Assembly: GCA_044223005.1 (NCBI GenBank)
Contig: JBGAML010000007.1
Span: 96,001-160,000, forward strand
From: Candidatus Eiseniibacteriota bacterium
Lineage (GTDB): Bacteria; Eisenbacteria; RBG-16-71-46
Reading direction: 5' to 3'
Length of the DNA: 64,000 nucleotides
Position numbers and translations under genes: made by a program. This document shows, piece by piece, positions 1-9,198 of the stretch; the first letter of the stretch is position 1, and every line of letters begins with the position of its first letter. The notes under the pieces were generated by a model. It was not told the DNA's origin, made no database searches, and saw only the letters and a list, made by a program, of their open reading frames with translations.

Positions 1-245
1 ACGAGCAGGACGTGGCCCTGCGCGCGCAGGTCACGCAGGCGCAGCGAGCGGCCCTGCGCATCGAACGAGAAGTCGGGCGCACGCGAGCCGACGTCGACCA
101 CGGCGTAGTTGGCGCCGGGATCGATCGGGTCGATGACGTTGGTCGTGGGCGCGGGAACGGGCGTCGGCACGCGGGGCGTGCCGGCGAATACGGTCGACGC
201 GGCGAGCGCGAGGGCCGCCACCGCGAACTTCGTCGGGCGATTCAT
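1..245 (-). CDS. Secreted AhpC/TSA (redoxin)-like protein, 5' part; runs off the window start
   Basis: Not in ORF track. Manual translation from ATG at 245 with upstream GGAG: MNRPTKFAVAALALAASTVFAG...VDVGSRAPDFSFDAQGRSLRLRDLRAQGHVLL; signal peptide plus 'G..APDF' redoxin start. Confidence 0.75.
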   Translation of the reverse strand, partial: MNRPTKFAVAALALAASTVFAGTPRVPTPVPAPTTNVIDPIDPGANYAVVDVGSRAPDFSFDAQGRSLRLRDLRAQGHVLL

Positions 246-391
246 GCACGGACTCCGGAGGGGGTTGGGCGACATCGGGAAGAACCACCGCAGAGGAGGG
301 ATCGGCGGTTCCGGAGCCCCGGTTGAATCGGTGCACGCTGCGAGAGTTCAAGCCCGGGCGCGGCAATCAATCCCGGCCGGGCGTTGCATTC

Positions 392-973
392 TTAGAGGCC
401 CTCCACGGCCATTTGCACGAGCCCCGGAACCGACGGCGGGCCGACCTTCTGCCCGAGCAGCGCGAGCTTCACGATGCCGTGCGGGTCGATCAGGAAGAGC
501 CCGGGCCTCGTCGTGCGACGCGGCGCGTCCCACAGGCCGTAGATCGCCGAAATCTCGCCGGTCTCGTCGGCGAGTGGCACCAGGTGGGGCGTCACCTCGG
601 GCTTCCACGCGGCGATCGCCTGCACCTTCTCGCCGCTCACGACGTACGTGCGCACCTGCAGCGAATCGAGCGTATGCGCGAGCGCATCGATGCGGTCGAA
701 GTCCCCGCGGCCGTCGGTGAAGAAGAGCGCCACCCACGTGCCGCGCGACTGCTTGAGGCGGAAGCGCGAGCCGTCGGCGCGCAGCAGGTCGAAGTCCGGC
801 GCGCGCTCGCCGACGCGGACCTGCATGGTGAGCTTCGGCAGCGCGCCCGAGCCGCTCAGGCTCGGGACCGTCGGATCGATGGGGCGTCCGCCGGTGTTGG
901 TGCGGGGATCCGTCTGTGCCGTCGCAGTGGCGGCGACGAGCGCGAGTGCCACGACCATCACGAACCGCAGCAT
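392..973 (-). CDS. Secreted AhpC/TSA redoxin-fold protein without cysteine
   Basis: ATG at 973 after GGAGG; signal peptide; VGERAPDFDL, LADETGEISAIYG, FLIDPHGIV motifs. Confidence 0.8.
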   Translation of the reverse strand: MLRFVMVVALALVAATATAQTDPRTNTGGRPIDPTVPSLSGSGALPKLTMQVRVGERAPDFDLLRADGSRFRLKQSRGTWVALFFTDGRGDFDRIDALAHTLDSLQVRTYVVSGEKVQAIAAWKPEVTPHLVPLADETGEISAIYGLWDAPRRTTRPGLFLIDPHGIVKLALLGQKVGPPSVPGLVQMAVEGL

Positions 974-1041
974 GGCGCACCTCCAACGCGCCGCGGCGGC
1001 GAGAGCCTCGCCGCGGGCATGGGAAGCGCCGCCCCGGCGCG

Positions 1042-2058
1042 TCAGCGGGCGATGCGCCCCCGGAGATCCGGAGTGCGATCGATTGCGTCGCGCAGCGCCG
1101 CGAGGTTGGCCTCGGGCGTCGCCGGCGGGATCGAGCACCCCGGCGCGACCAGCCAGCGTCGCGCGCCCGTCTCCTCGAGCGCGCGGCGATATTGCGTCAG
1201 CGCCGCCTCGGGCGAACGCTCCTGCAGTGCGCCGTCGTGGGCGATGCCACCCATCACGGCGCCGGGCAGGCGCGCGAGCGCCTCGGCGAGCGAGGGATTC
1301 CCGGGCGCGGTCGCGTCCCACGAGAACGCGCCCACGGGATAATCGGCGAACTCGAACAGCAGGTTGTCGCCCTTGCAGACGTGCAGCGTGTGGAAGGGCG
1401 ACGCACCCGCGGCGGCGAGCACGCGCAGGTCGTAGGGCCGCGACCAGCGGCGGAGGTCGTCGGGCGTGACGAACGCTCGGCAGCCCCAGTCGACGGTGGC
1501 GAGGAACAGCCCGTCGGCGCCCGTCTTCACGTACTCGGCGGCGAGCCGCTCGAACACGCGCGTCACGCGCTCGAGTGCACCCGCGACCTTTTCGGGTGCG
1601 CTCGTGAGGTGATCGCGCAGCACGGTGGGCGGTTCGGTCAGCTCGCCGAGGATCGCGAGCGGCGTGAAGATCGTGGCGAGGATCGGCACCTCGCGCGGCA
1701 GCTTCTCGCGCAGCATGCGCAGCGCTTCGATCTGTTCACCGAGCGCGCCCTGGTCGTGCGGCACCTCGCCGATCGCGTCCCAGTCGGCCGCGGTGCGCAC
1801 CGGGTACGACTCGAGTGTCGGCTTGGCGTCGGGCACGCCGGAGTAGTGGTAGCGCACGCCCCACGGTTCGACGTGGTAGTGCTTCCGCGGGTTGAGCTTG
1901 ATCCAGTCCCACTGTCCGCGCTGCCAGCGTTCGAGCGTGTGCTCGACGAGCGCCTGGGCGGAGGACTCCCGATGGTAGACGTGTCCCCAGAACGACACGG
2001 GGGGACGATCCACCGCGTCGCCGCGCAGGGCGGCGAGTACCCGGTCACGCGAGGTCAT
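1042..2058 (-). CDS. Uroporphyrinogen decarboxylase (URO-D/MtaA) family protein
   Basis: MTSRDRVLAALRG..DRPPV start, LHVC, MGGI, VAPGCSIP motifs; the HemE RQAGR motif is absent. Confidence 0.8.
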   Translation of the reverse strand: MTSRDRVLAALRGDAVDRPPVSFWGHVYHRESSAQALVEHTLERWQRGQWDWIKLNPRKHYHVEPWGVRYHYSGVPDAKPTLESYPVRTAADWDAIGEVPHDQGALGEQIEALRMLREKLPREVPILATIFTPLAILGELTEPPTVLRDHLTSAPEKVAGALERVTRVFERLAAEYVKTGADGLFLATVDWGCRAFVTPDDLRRWSRPYDLRVLAAAGASPFHTLHVCKGDNLLFEFADYPVGAFSWDATAPGNPSLAEALARLPGAVMGGIAHDGALQERSPEAALTQYRRALEETGARRWLVAPGCSIPPATPEANLAALRDAIDRTPDLRGRIAR

Positions 2059-2142
2059 GAGTCGAAATTAGACCTCCCGGCGCGGGGCCACAAGCGCCGC
2101 GCGCGCTTGTCGGGGGCGCCGCGCCGCGCGTACCGTCCCGCC

Positions 2143-2679
2143 ATGCGATTCGCACGTTCATCGCTGCTCGCGCTCGCGCTTCTCGCGGGTTGCACGCGCC
2201 GAAGCGAGCCGCCGGCGGCGGCCCCGGCACGATCGATGCCCGTGACGGTGCTCGCCGACTCGGCGCCCGGTGTGGCGCTGCCGCCCGCGCACGTGAGCGC
2301 GCCGGCGGCGACGTGGGAGCTGCTCGCGATCTCGCCGCAGCGCGCGAGCGCGCCGCCGCCGGTGGAGGCGAGGCCGGGCGAGCCGCCCGCGCCGCGCGGC
2401 GAGCCGGAGGCGCTGCCGGTCGACGACCGGCTGCACCCGCCGGTGCCGCGCGAGCCCGCGGTGCTGCACGTGGGCGCGGCGCGCGGCGCGGTGGAGCTCG
2501 ACGTGCGCGTGGACGAGGCCGGGCGCGTCACCGCCGCCGAGTGGGCGGGCGGCGCGCGCGACACATCGCTCGTACGCGCCGCGATCGCCTCGGCGCTCGG
2601 CATGCGCTTCTACCCGGCGCACCGCGCGGGCCGCCCGGTCGCGGTGTGGTGCCGGCAGCGTTTCGACGTCGCGCGCTGA
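2143..2679 (+). CDS. TonB C-terminal domain lipoprotein
   Basis: Lipobox LLAGC, Pro-rich linker, C-terminal VELDVRVDEAGRV...FYPAHRAGRPV TonB_C pattern. Confidence 0.7.
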   Translation: MRFARSSLLALALLAGCTRRSEPPAAAPARSMPVTVLADSAPGVALPPAHVSAPAATWELLAISPQRASAPPPVEARPGEPPAPRGEPEALPVDDRLHPPVPREPAVLHVGAARGAVELDVRVDEAGRVTAAEWAGGARDTSLVRAAIASALGMRFYPAHRAGRPVAVWCRQRFDVAR

Positions 2680-2688
2680 GCGCGCGCG

Positions 2689-3603
2689 TCAGCGCGACCG
2701 GGGCAGCGCCCAGATGCGGCGCGTGCGCGCGACCGCGAAGCCTTCGGAGCGATAGAGCTGGAGCGCGCCTTCGTTCTCGCCGTCGACGAGCAGCGTCACG
2801 GGCAACGGTGTCGCGCGCTCGAGCCAGCCGACGCCCCAGCGCAGCAGCGCGCGCCCGAGGCCGATGCCTCGCGCGTCGTGCGCGACGCCCAGCGTGCCGA
2901 TCTCGCCGCGGGTCGCGTGCAGCTCGTTGCGGCAGAAGCCCACGCAGCGGCCGCCCCGGTAGGCGAGCACGAGACCGTCGGCACGGAACGTGGGATCGGT
3001 GACGAGTTGCCGCGTGATCGCGACGTCCGCGCGCACCCAGCGATAGTGCCGGGCGAAGGAGTCGTTGTAGACGTCGGTCCACTCGTTGAGCAGGGTCTCG
3101 GAGCCGTCGAACGTGCGCGTGGTGACGCCGGCGGGCCACGTGGGTTCGGACACCGCGCCGCGCGGGCGCTCCATCATCCAGAACCAGCGCTCGTGCTCGC
3201 CCCCCAGTTTCGCGGCGAGCCGCTCGGCGGCCTCGCTCGGCATCCACGCGCTGCCGGCCAGCTCGAGCGGGCCGCTCGCCGTGCGATCGAGGTGCGCGAT
3301 CACCTCGCGCGCGAGTGCGGCGCCGAGCCCGCGGCGGCGGTACGGCTCGCGGACGGCGACGCGCAGCATGGCCCAGTGGCCCGTGCCCGCGGGCAGCTTC
3401 CACGCGAGTCCGAAGCCCGCGGGCTCGCCGTCCACGAACGCGAGCCGGAGGGCGTCCCGATCGAGCCGCGGGTCGGCGAGCTTGTGTTCGAGCCCGTGCT
3501 CACCCTGGAACTTGTCGAACTGCGGCGCGATCGACGCGTCGGCGGTCAGGGCGCGCAGGATCGGGGCGTCCGTGGGCGCGTAGGGGCGGAGGTCGTGGGG
3601 CAT
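2689..3603 (-). CDS. Tandem GNAT acetyltransferase (MshD-like)
   Basis: Two acetyl-CoA motifs (RRRGLGAAL, ARGIGLGRALL) and NEGALQLYRSEGF. Confidence 0.8.
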   Translation of the reverse strand: MPHDLRPYAPTDAPILRALTADASIAPQFDKFQGEHGLEHKLADPRLDRDALRLAFVDGEPAGFGLAWKLPAGTGHWAMLRVAVREPYRRRGLGAALAREVIAHLDRTASGPLELAGSAWMPSEAAERLAAKLGGEHERWFWMMERPRGAVSEPTWPAGVTTRTFDGSETLLNEWTDVYNDSFARHYRWVRADVAITRQLVTDPTFRADGLVLAYRGGRCVGFCRNELHATRGEIGTLGVAHDARGIGLGRALLRWGVGWLERATPLPVTLLVDGENEGALQLYRSEGFAVARTRRIWALPRSR

Positions 3604-3684
3604 GGCCGCCACGCTACCGCAGCGCGCGCCGCGGGGCACGCCCGGCGTTGACGCCCGGAGCGCTCGCCCCGTAGCCTGCGCCGC

Positions 3685-4686
3685 ATGGCCGATCCATCGT
3701 TTTCGCTGGAAGCGCTGCTCGCCCGCATGGAGCAGTTCGCCGGGCGCCGGGTGCTGGTCCTGGGCGACGTGATGCTCGACCACTATCTCTGGGGGCGCTG
3801 TGAGCGCATCTCGCCCGAGGCCCCGGTGCCGGTCGTCGACGTTCAGCGCGAGACCACCTCGCTCGGTGGCGCGGGCAACGTGGCCGCGAACCTCGCCGCG
3901 CTGGGCGCCGAGCCGGGCCTGGTGGGCGTGATGGGCGACGATCCGCACGCGCAGAAGATGCTCGACGCCTTCGCCGAACGCGGCGTGGACACGCGCGCGC
4001 TGGTGCGCGACGCGGGCCGGCCGACCACGTTCAAGACGCGTATCCTCGCGCAGAACCAGCAGGTCGTGCGCGCCGACTGGGAGTCGCGCGCGCCGATCGA
4101 CGGCGCGGTGCGCGATGCCGTGCTCGCCATGGTCGAGCGCGAACTGGCCCGCAGCCAGGCGCTGGTGATCAGCGACTACGGCAAGGGCGTCGTGACCGGC
4201 GAGGTGCTCGAGCGCGTGATGGCGCTCGCCCGCGCGCGCAAGATCCCGGTCGCCGTCGATCCCAAGGAGAGCCACATCGACTCGTACCGTGGCGCCAGCA
4301 TCCTGACGCCCAACCAGCACGAGGCCGGCTACGTGATGGGCCGCCGTGTCGTGGACGAGGCGAGCCTGATGGAAGTGGGCTGGGGCCTGCAGGGCAGGCT
4401 CGACGCCGAGTGCGTACTGGTGACGCGCGGCGCCGACGGCATGAGCCTGTTCGAGAAGGGCGGCCGCTACACGCACCTGCCGACCGTCGCGCGCGAGGTC
4501 TACGACGTGACGGGCGCCGGCGACACGGTGGTTTCCGTGGTCGCGCTCGCGCTCGCCGCGGGCGCCGAGTACCCGGAGGCCTGCTTCCTCGCCAACCACG
4601 CCGCGGGCGTGGTGATCCGCGAAGTGGGCACGGCGAGCTGTTCGCCCGCCCAGCTCAAGGCGTCGCTTTGGGAAGCCCTGACGTGA
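3685..4686 (+). CDS. hldA: D-glycero-beta-D-manno-heptose-7-phosphate kinase (RfaE domain I)
   Basis: GDVMLD..ERISPEAPVPV, GGAGNVA, SDYGKG, DVTGAGDT. Confidence 0.93.
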   Translation: MADPSFSLEALLARMEQFAGRRVLVLGDVMLDHYLWGRCERISPEAPVPVVDVQRETTSLGGAGNVAANLAALGAEPGLVGVMGDDPHAQKMLDAFAERGVDTRALVRDAGRPTTFKTRILAQNQQVVRADWESRAPIDGAVRDAVLAMVERELARSQALVISDYGKGVVTGEVLERVMALARARKIPVAVDPKESHIDSYRGASILTPNQHEAGYVMGRRVVDEASLMEVGWGLQGRLDAECVLVTRGADGMSLFEKGGRYTHLPTVAREVYDVTGAGDTVVSVVALALAAGAEYPEACFLANHAAGVVIREVGTASCSPAQLKASLWEALT

Positions 4687-5180
4687 GCGGCGGGCCGCTC
4701 GAGCTGCCGGCCGAGGTGCGCGCGCGGCTCGATCTCTGGCGCGCCGCGGGCGACACGTTCGTGTTCACGAACGGCGTCTACGACATCCTGCACCGCGGGC
4801 ACGTGGAGTACCTGGAAGAAGCGCGGGCGCTGGGCGACCGGCTGATCGTCGGGGTCAACAGCGACGCGAGCGTGCACCGGTTGAAGGGGCCCGAACGCCC
4901 GATCCTGACCCAGCGCGACCGCGCCGCGCTCGTCGCGGCGCTCGCGTGCGTCGACATGGTGATCGTGTTCGACGACGACACGCCCCTGCGGCTGATCGAG
5001 GCCGTGCAGCCGGACGTGCTGGTCAAGGGCGCGGACTGGGCCGCCGACGCGATCGTCGGTCGCGAGGTGGTGGAAGCCCGCGGCGGCCGCATCGAGCGCA
5101 TCACGCTGCGCGAGGGCCTGAGCACGAGCACGATCGTGCAGCGGATCCGCGACGGGAAGTCGGCGCTCGATCCCTGGTGA
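4683..5180 (+). CDS. hldC: D-glycero-beta-D-manno-heptose-1-phosphate adenylyltransferase (RfaE domain II)
   Basis: FTNGVYDILHRGH, NSDASVHRLKG..RP, LVKGADW, STSTI; GTGA overlap with hldA. Confidence 0.92.
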   Translation: MSGGPLELPAEVRARLDLWRAAGDTFVFTNGVYDILHRGHVEYLEEARALGDRLIVGVNSDASVHRLKGPERPILTQRDRAALVAALACVDMVIVFDDDTPLRLIEAVQPDVLVKGADWAADAIVGREVVEARGGRIERITLREGLSTSTIVQRIRDGKSALDPW

Positions 5181-5581
5181 GTCCGGCGCGATTCCGTCCG
5201 TGACTGCGGAGCCGTTCGCGGGTTCCCCCACGAGAGCGTGCCGCGCCGCCGCCCCGGCGCTCGTTTCGGAGCGGCGGGACGGGGCCGTGCGAGACCCGAT
5301 GAAACCGCTTGCGAACGCTTCCCGGGGGCCACTTGCCGCCGGGCTCTCGCGGGAGCATGATTCGCGAGTCTCGCCAGCGTGGATTTCATGACCGGTCACC
5401 GACCGGTTTTGCGCAATTGAGATCAAGGGGCCTCGTGCCCCGCACGTGTCCGGCCGCCGGCCGCGATCGTGGCTGCCTTCGGGGGAAGCGCCATGATTCG
5501 TGTGTCGGCGGTCGGCATTCGTTCTCTGAGAGCGCTCGGAGGGACGTTCACCCCGTGGCGCTCGCCGGGCGAGCGCGGGCG

Positions 5582-6586
5582 TCAGGCCCGCGCGGTGCGC
5601 CGCACGTCGCTCGGGGCACCGCCGGCGAACTCGCGCCAGGCGCGACGCAGCTGGCGCGACGAGCCGAAGCCGGAGCGTTCCGCAACCCGCTCGAGGTCGA
5701 GCCGCGTCTGCGTCAGCAGCTCGCGCGCGAGCGCGATGCGCAGCCGCGTGCGGTAGTCCATGACGCTCATGCCGGCCTGCTCGCGAAACAGCCGCGCGAG
5801 ATGGCGCGGGCTGGTGGCGGCGATGCGCGCGAGCGACGTCGCGTTCCAGGGCCTGGACGGGTCGGCGGCGATCGCGTCCTGCACTCGGTGCACGGCGGGG
5901 TGCAGGTGGTTGCGGCCCTCGAGCCAGGGCGAGAGCTGCGGGTCGCTGCCACCGCGGCGCAGGTAGAGCACCAGCGAGCGGGCGACGGCCATCTCGGTCA
6001 CCGAGTCGGTGTACCGCCCGACCAGGTGCAGCATGAGGTCGATGCCGGCCGTGTCGCCGGCGCTCGTGAAGCGGCTGCCGTCCTCGACGAACAGGCGATT
6101 TTCCAGGACGCGCGCGCCGGGCGCGAGCCGTGCGAGTTCGGCGCAGTCGCTGTGGAACGTGGTGCAGGCGTAGCCGTCGAGCAGGCCGGCGCGGGCCGCG
6201 AGCAGCGAGCCCGAGCACATGCAGACGACCGTGTTGCCCGGGCCGACATGGGTGCGGAGCCAGTCCACGGTGCGCGCGTCGTGGGCGGCGTCGGCGCGCG
6301 GATCGGACGGCCGGTCGCCGAGGATCGTCCGGCGCGTGTTGCCGCAGAGCAGCACCATCGCGTCGGCCGGGATCGTGTCGGGGAGCGGCTCGAGGTTCGC
6401 GACGGCCAGCCCGATCGAGCTCTGCACGCTGGGCGAGGCCCCGACGTAGCGGACCTCGAAAACCACTTCTTCCTGGAGGATGTTCGCGGTTCGCAGCACC
6501 TCGATCGGCCCGGCGATGTCGAACATCACCGGCCGCGCGGGAACGACCACGACGACGGGAATGCGGCGAGCGGGCTTGCGGACCAT
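5582..6586 (-). CDS. GlxA-family transcriptional regulator (DJ-1/PfpI plus AraC HTH)
   Basis: CSGSLLAARAGLLDG, TSAG..AGID, LRRGGSDPQLSP, SPRHLARLF, AERSGFGS; start uncertain. Confidence 0.88.
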   Translation of the reverse strand: MVRKPARRIPVVVVVPARPVMFDIAGPIEVLRTANILQEEVVFEVRYVGASPSVQSSIGLAVANLEPLPDTIPADAMVLLCGNTRRTILGDRPSDPRADAAHDARTVDWLRTHVGPGNTVVCMCSGSLLAARAGLLDGYACTTFHSDCAELARLAPGARVLENRLFVEDGSRFTSAGDTAGIDLMLHLVGRYTDSVTEMAVARSLVLYLRRGGSDPQLSPWLEGRNHLHPAVHRVQDAIAADPSRPWNATSLARIAATSPRHLARLFREQAGMSVMDYRTRLRIALARELLTQTRLDLERVAERSGFGSSRQLRRAWREFAGGAPSDVRRTARA

Positions 6587-6758
6587 GTTCCCTCGAACGG
6601 ACACGGTGGGCGAGGTGGACGGGGGCGGCACGACCGGACATTCGATGCGGCGGGGCCGTGCAGCGATCGGCCACAATTGGGACATTTCCGGACACGGCCC
6701 TGCGAGGGGCGGAACGGGGCGGCGGACCCGGTGGGGGCCGGGTCCGCCGAAACGCGTT

Positions 6759-7223
6759 TCAGTGCGTGGTGCCCGGCTTGAACTTGCTCCAGGCCGGATC
6801 GCCGCTGGCGGAGCGGAACTTGAGCGACTTGCCGTCCTTCGTGACGACCGAGGCCAGGACGACGTGATCGTCGCCGCGCGTGACGAGCGCACCGGTCACC
6901 GTGACGGCGTCGCCGACCGCGAGCTGCAGCGGCTGCGCATCGACGAAGACGGCGGGACCGAGCTCGACCCAGACCTTTTCGCGGCCCGCGTCGACGTAGG
7001 CGTGCACCCCTTCGGCCATGCCGGCCTGCGGGACGAAACGCGCGATTTCGAGCACGTGGCCGGGCACGACGACTTCGCGGGCCGGATCGTAGAGACGATG
7101 GTACGCCTCGCCGCGGTTCCAGCCCGCCAGGGCGGCCACGGACTCCGCGGCGCGCGCCGGAGCGCCCGCGAGCGCGACGGTGGAGACCAGCGCCAGGGCG
7201 GAGAGAATGCGACGGAACGACAT
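6759..7223 (-). CDS. Secreted small OB-fold-like protein (resembles MamS/MamX-type domain)
   Basis: Signal peptide; YDP...GVH...VELGP...GDAVTVTG...FRSASGDPAW pattern. Confidence 0.6.
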   Translation of the reverse strand: MSFRRILSALALVSTVALAGAPARAAESVAALAGWNRGEAYHRLYDPAREVVVPGHVLEIARFVPQAGMAEGVHAYVDAGREKVWVELGPAVFVDAQPLQLAVGDAVTVTGALVTRGDDHVVLASVVTKDGKSLKFRSASGDPAWSKFKPGTTH

Positions 7224-7541
7224 GGAGGGACCTCCTCGAACAGATGGTGAATCGGACGGCCGGTGAACGTGCGGGGACTCGGAGTGCCGCGGCGGATGCG
7301 AGTGCGAAGTGGGGATCGCGAACGTGCGCGTGTGCGCGCCGTGGCTTCGACGCTTCCTACGCTAGGACGTCCGATGCGGTTGCGACAGGCCCGCTGCTGA
7401 CGGAATGCGGACGCAATCGGACACGCGAATCGCCGACGATCGTTCGGCGAATGCGGACGATTCCGGACATGGCGCGACGCGGGACGGTGCGCGACACGTC
7501 CGCGAGACGCGTGGTGGCTTCGTCGCGAGCGGAGAACGTTC

Positions 7542-7570
7542 TTGCTTACATACCGACTGGTCGGTATGCT
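7542..7570 (+). promoter_or_regulatory. sigma70-type promoter with overlapping TetR operator
   Basis: TTGCTT-17bp-TATGCT; palindrome CATACCGAC-TG-GTCGGTATG at 7549-7568. Confidence 0.8.
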
Positions 7571-7648
7571 CGGGTTCGACACGACTCGCGACCCCGCGTG
7601 CCGCCCGAACGGGCGGCCGGCGCGGGGCGCCCGCTCGGGAGCAGACGC

Positions 7649-8338
7649 ATGCGGAAGATCCGTCGCATCGAGCACGCCCGGCGCGGCGCGCGGCCCACGG
7701 CCGGGGCCGCGCGGTCCGGTGCGGCCCCCGGGCGTGGCGCCGACTCGCGCCGGCGGCTGCTCGATGCGGCCCTGCGCGTGATCCGGCGGCAGGGGTACGC
7801 GGCGACGAGCGTGGACGATCTCTGCGCCGAGGCGGGGCTGACCAAGGGTGGCTTCTTCCACCACTTCGCCGGCAAGGAGGACCTCGCGGTCGCGGCCGCG
7901 GCCCACTGGTCGGAGACCACCGGCGCCTTCTTCGCCGCGGCGCCGTACCGGAAGGTCGAGGACCCGCTCGAGCGCGTGTTCGCCTACGTCGATTTCCGCC
8001 GCTCGCTGCTCTCGGGTGCCGTGCCCGAGTTCACCTGCTACGCCGGCACCACCGTGCAGGAGACCTACGCCACGCATCCGGCGCTGCGCGAGGCCTGCGC
8101 CCGGAGCATCCTCGGCCACGCCGCCGAGGTGGCGAAGGACATCGCCGAGGCCAGGCGCCTCCACGCGCCGAAGGCCCCGTGGAGCGCCGAAAGCCTCGCG
8201 CGCCACACGCAGGTCGTCCTCCAGGGCGCGTTCGTCCTCGCGAAGGCCACCGGCAGCCCACGTCTCGCCATCGAATCCGTCGATCACCTGAAGCGCTACC
8301 TGGAACTGCTGTTCGGTCGTCCATCCCGAAAGGACTGA
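7649..8338 (+). CDS. TetR/AcrR family regulator (NemR-like)
   Basis: RRLLDAA...GYAATSVDDLCAEAGLTKGGFFHHFAGKEDL HTH; start uncertain. Confidence 0.88.
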   Translation: MRKIRRIEHARRGARPTAGAARSGAAPGRGADSRRRLLDAALRVIRRQGYAATSVDDLCAEAGLTKGGFFHHFAGKEDLAVAAAAHWSETTGAFFAAAPYRKVEDPLERVFAYVDFRRSLLSGAVPEFTCYAGTTVQETYATHPALREACARSILGHAAEVAKDIAEARRLHAPKAPWSAESLARHTQVVLQGAFVLAKATGSPRLAIESVDHLKRYLELLFGRPSRKD

Positions 8339-8343
8339 GTCCC

Positions 8344-9126
8344 ATGGATCCCAACGCGCCCGCCCCGTTCACGTGGTACGAGCTGCTCACGACCGACCTC
8401 GACGCCGCGCTCGACTTCTACCGCCGTGTGATCGGCTGGAAGACCGAGTCGTTCCCCGGCATGCAGCCCCGCTACGACGTGCTGAGCGTCGCCGGCTCCG
8501 CGAGGGGCGTCGCCGGTGCGATGGCGCTCACCGACGAGATGCGCGCGCGCGGTGTGCCGCCGTGCTGGACGGGCTACGTCGGCGTCACCGACGTCGATGC
8601 GACCGTGACGCGCATCACCGCGGCGGGCGGCTCGGTGATGAGCCCCGCGATGGACATTCCCAACGTCGGGCGCTTCGCCGTCGTCGGCGACCCGTGGGGC
8701 GCCGCGTTCATCGTGTTCCGGCCCACCGATCGCGAGGCGCCGCCGCCCCCGACGCCCGGGACGCCCGGCACGATCGGCTGGCACGAACTGCACGCCGGCG
8801 ACGGCCCGAAGGCGTGGGAGTTCTACTCCGGGCTCTTCCGCTGGGAGAAGGACATGGCGGTGGACATGGGCGCGATGGGCGTCTACCAGACGTTCAAGAC
8901 CGGCACCTCGGCCGGCGGCGGCATGATGACGAAGATGAAGGAGATGCCCGTCTCCTGCTGGCTCTACTACTTCAACGTCGACGCCGCGGACGCCGCCGCG
9001 GCGCGGGTGACCGAGCACGGCGGCAAGGTGCTCATGGGCCCCCACGAGGTCCCGGGCGGACAATGGATCGTCCAGTGCCTGGACCCGCAGGGCGCGATGT
9101 TCGCGGTGGTGGCGCCCAAGCGCTGA
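8344..9126 (+). CDS. Two-domain VOC/glyoxalase family protein
   Basis: WYELLTTD..AALDFY, GRFAVVGDPWGA, WHELH, CLDPQGAMF. Confidence 0.88.
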   Translation: MDPNAPAPFTWYELLTTDLDAALDFYRRVIGWKTESFPGMQPRYDVLSVAGSARGVAGAMALTDEMRARGVPPCWTGYVGVTDVDATVTRITAAGGSVMSPAMDIPNVGRFAVVGDPWGAAFIVFRPTDREAPPPPTPGTPGTIGWHELHAGDGPKAWEFYSGLFRWEKDMAVDMGAMGVYQTFKTGTSAGGGMMTKMKEMPVSCWLYYFNVDAADAAAARVTEHGGKVLMGPHEVPGGQWIVQCLDPQGAMFAVVAPKR

Positions 9127-9198
9127 CCGCTCGCGATCTCGCGTGACGAACGGCCGCGCTCCACGGACGGAGCGCGGCCGCTTCGTCGTGCGTCCCGT

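Noticed and set aside
3685..5180. Split hldE
   Set aside because: Separate kinase and adenylyltransferase genes are common; not a frameshift
5262..5320. GAGCGGCGGGAC...CCCGATGAAACCGC resembling SAM-I riboswitch P2
   Set aside because: Lacks the AUC.AGAG, GAGGGA, GCAACC and GUGC core, and there is no downstream plus-strand gene (convergent gap)
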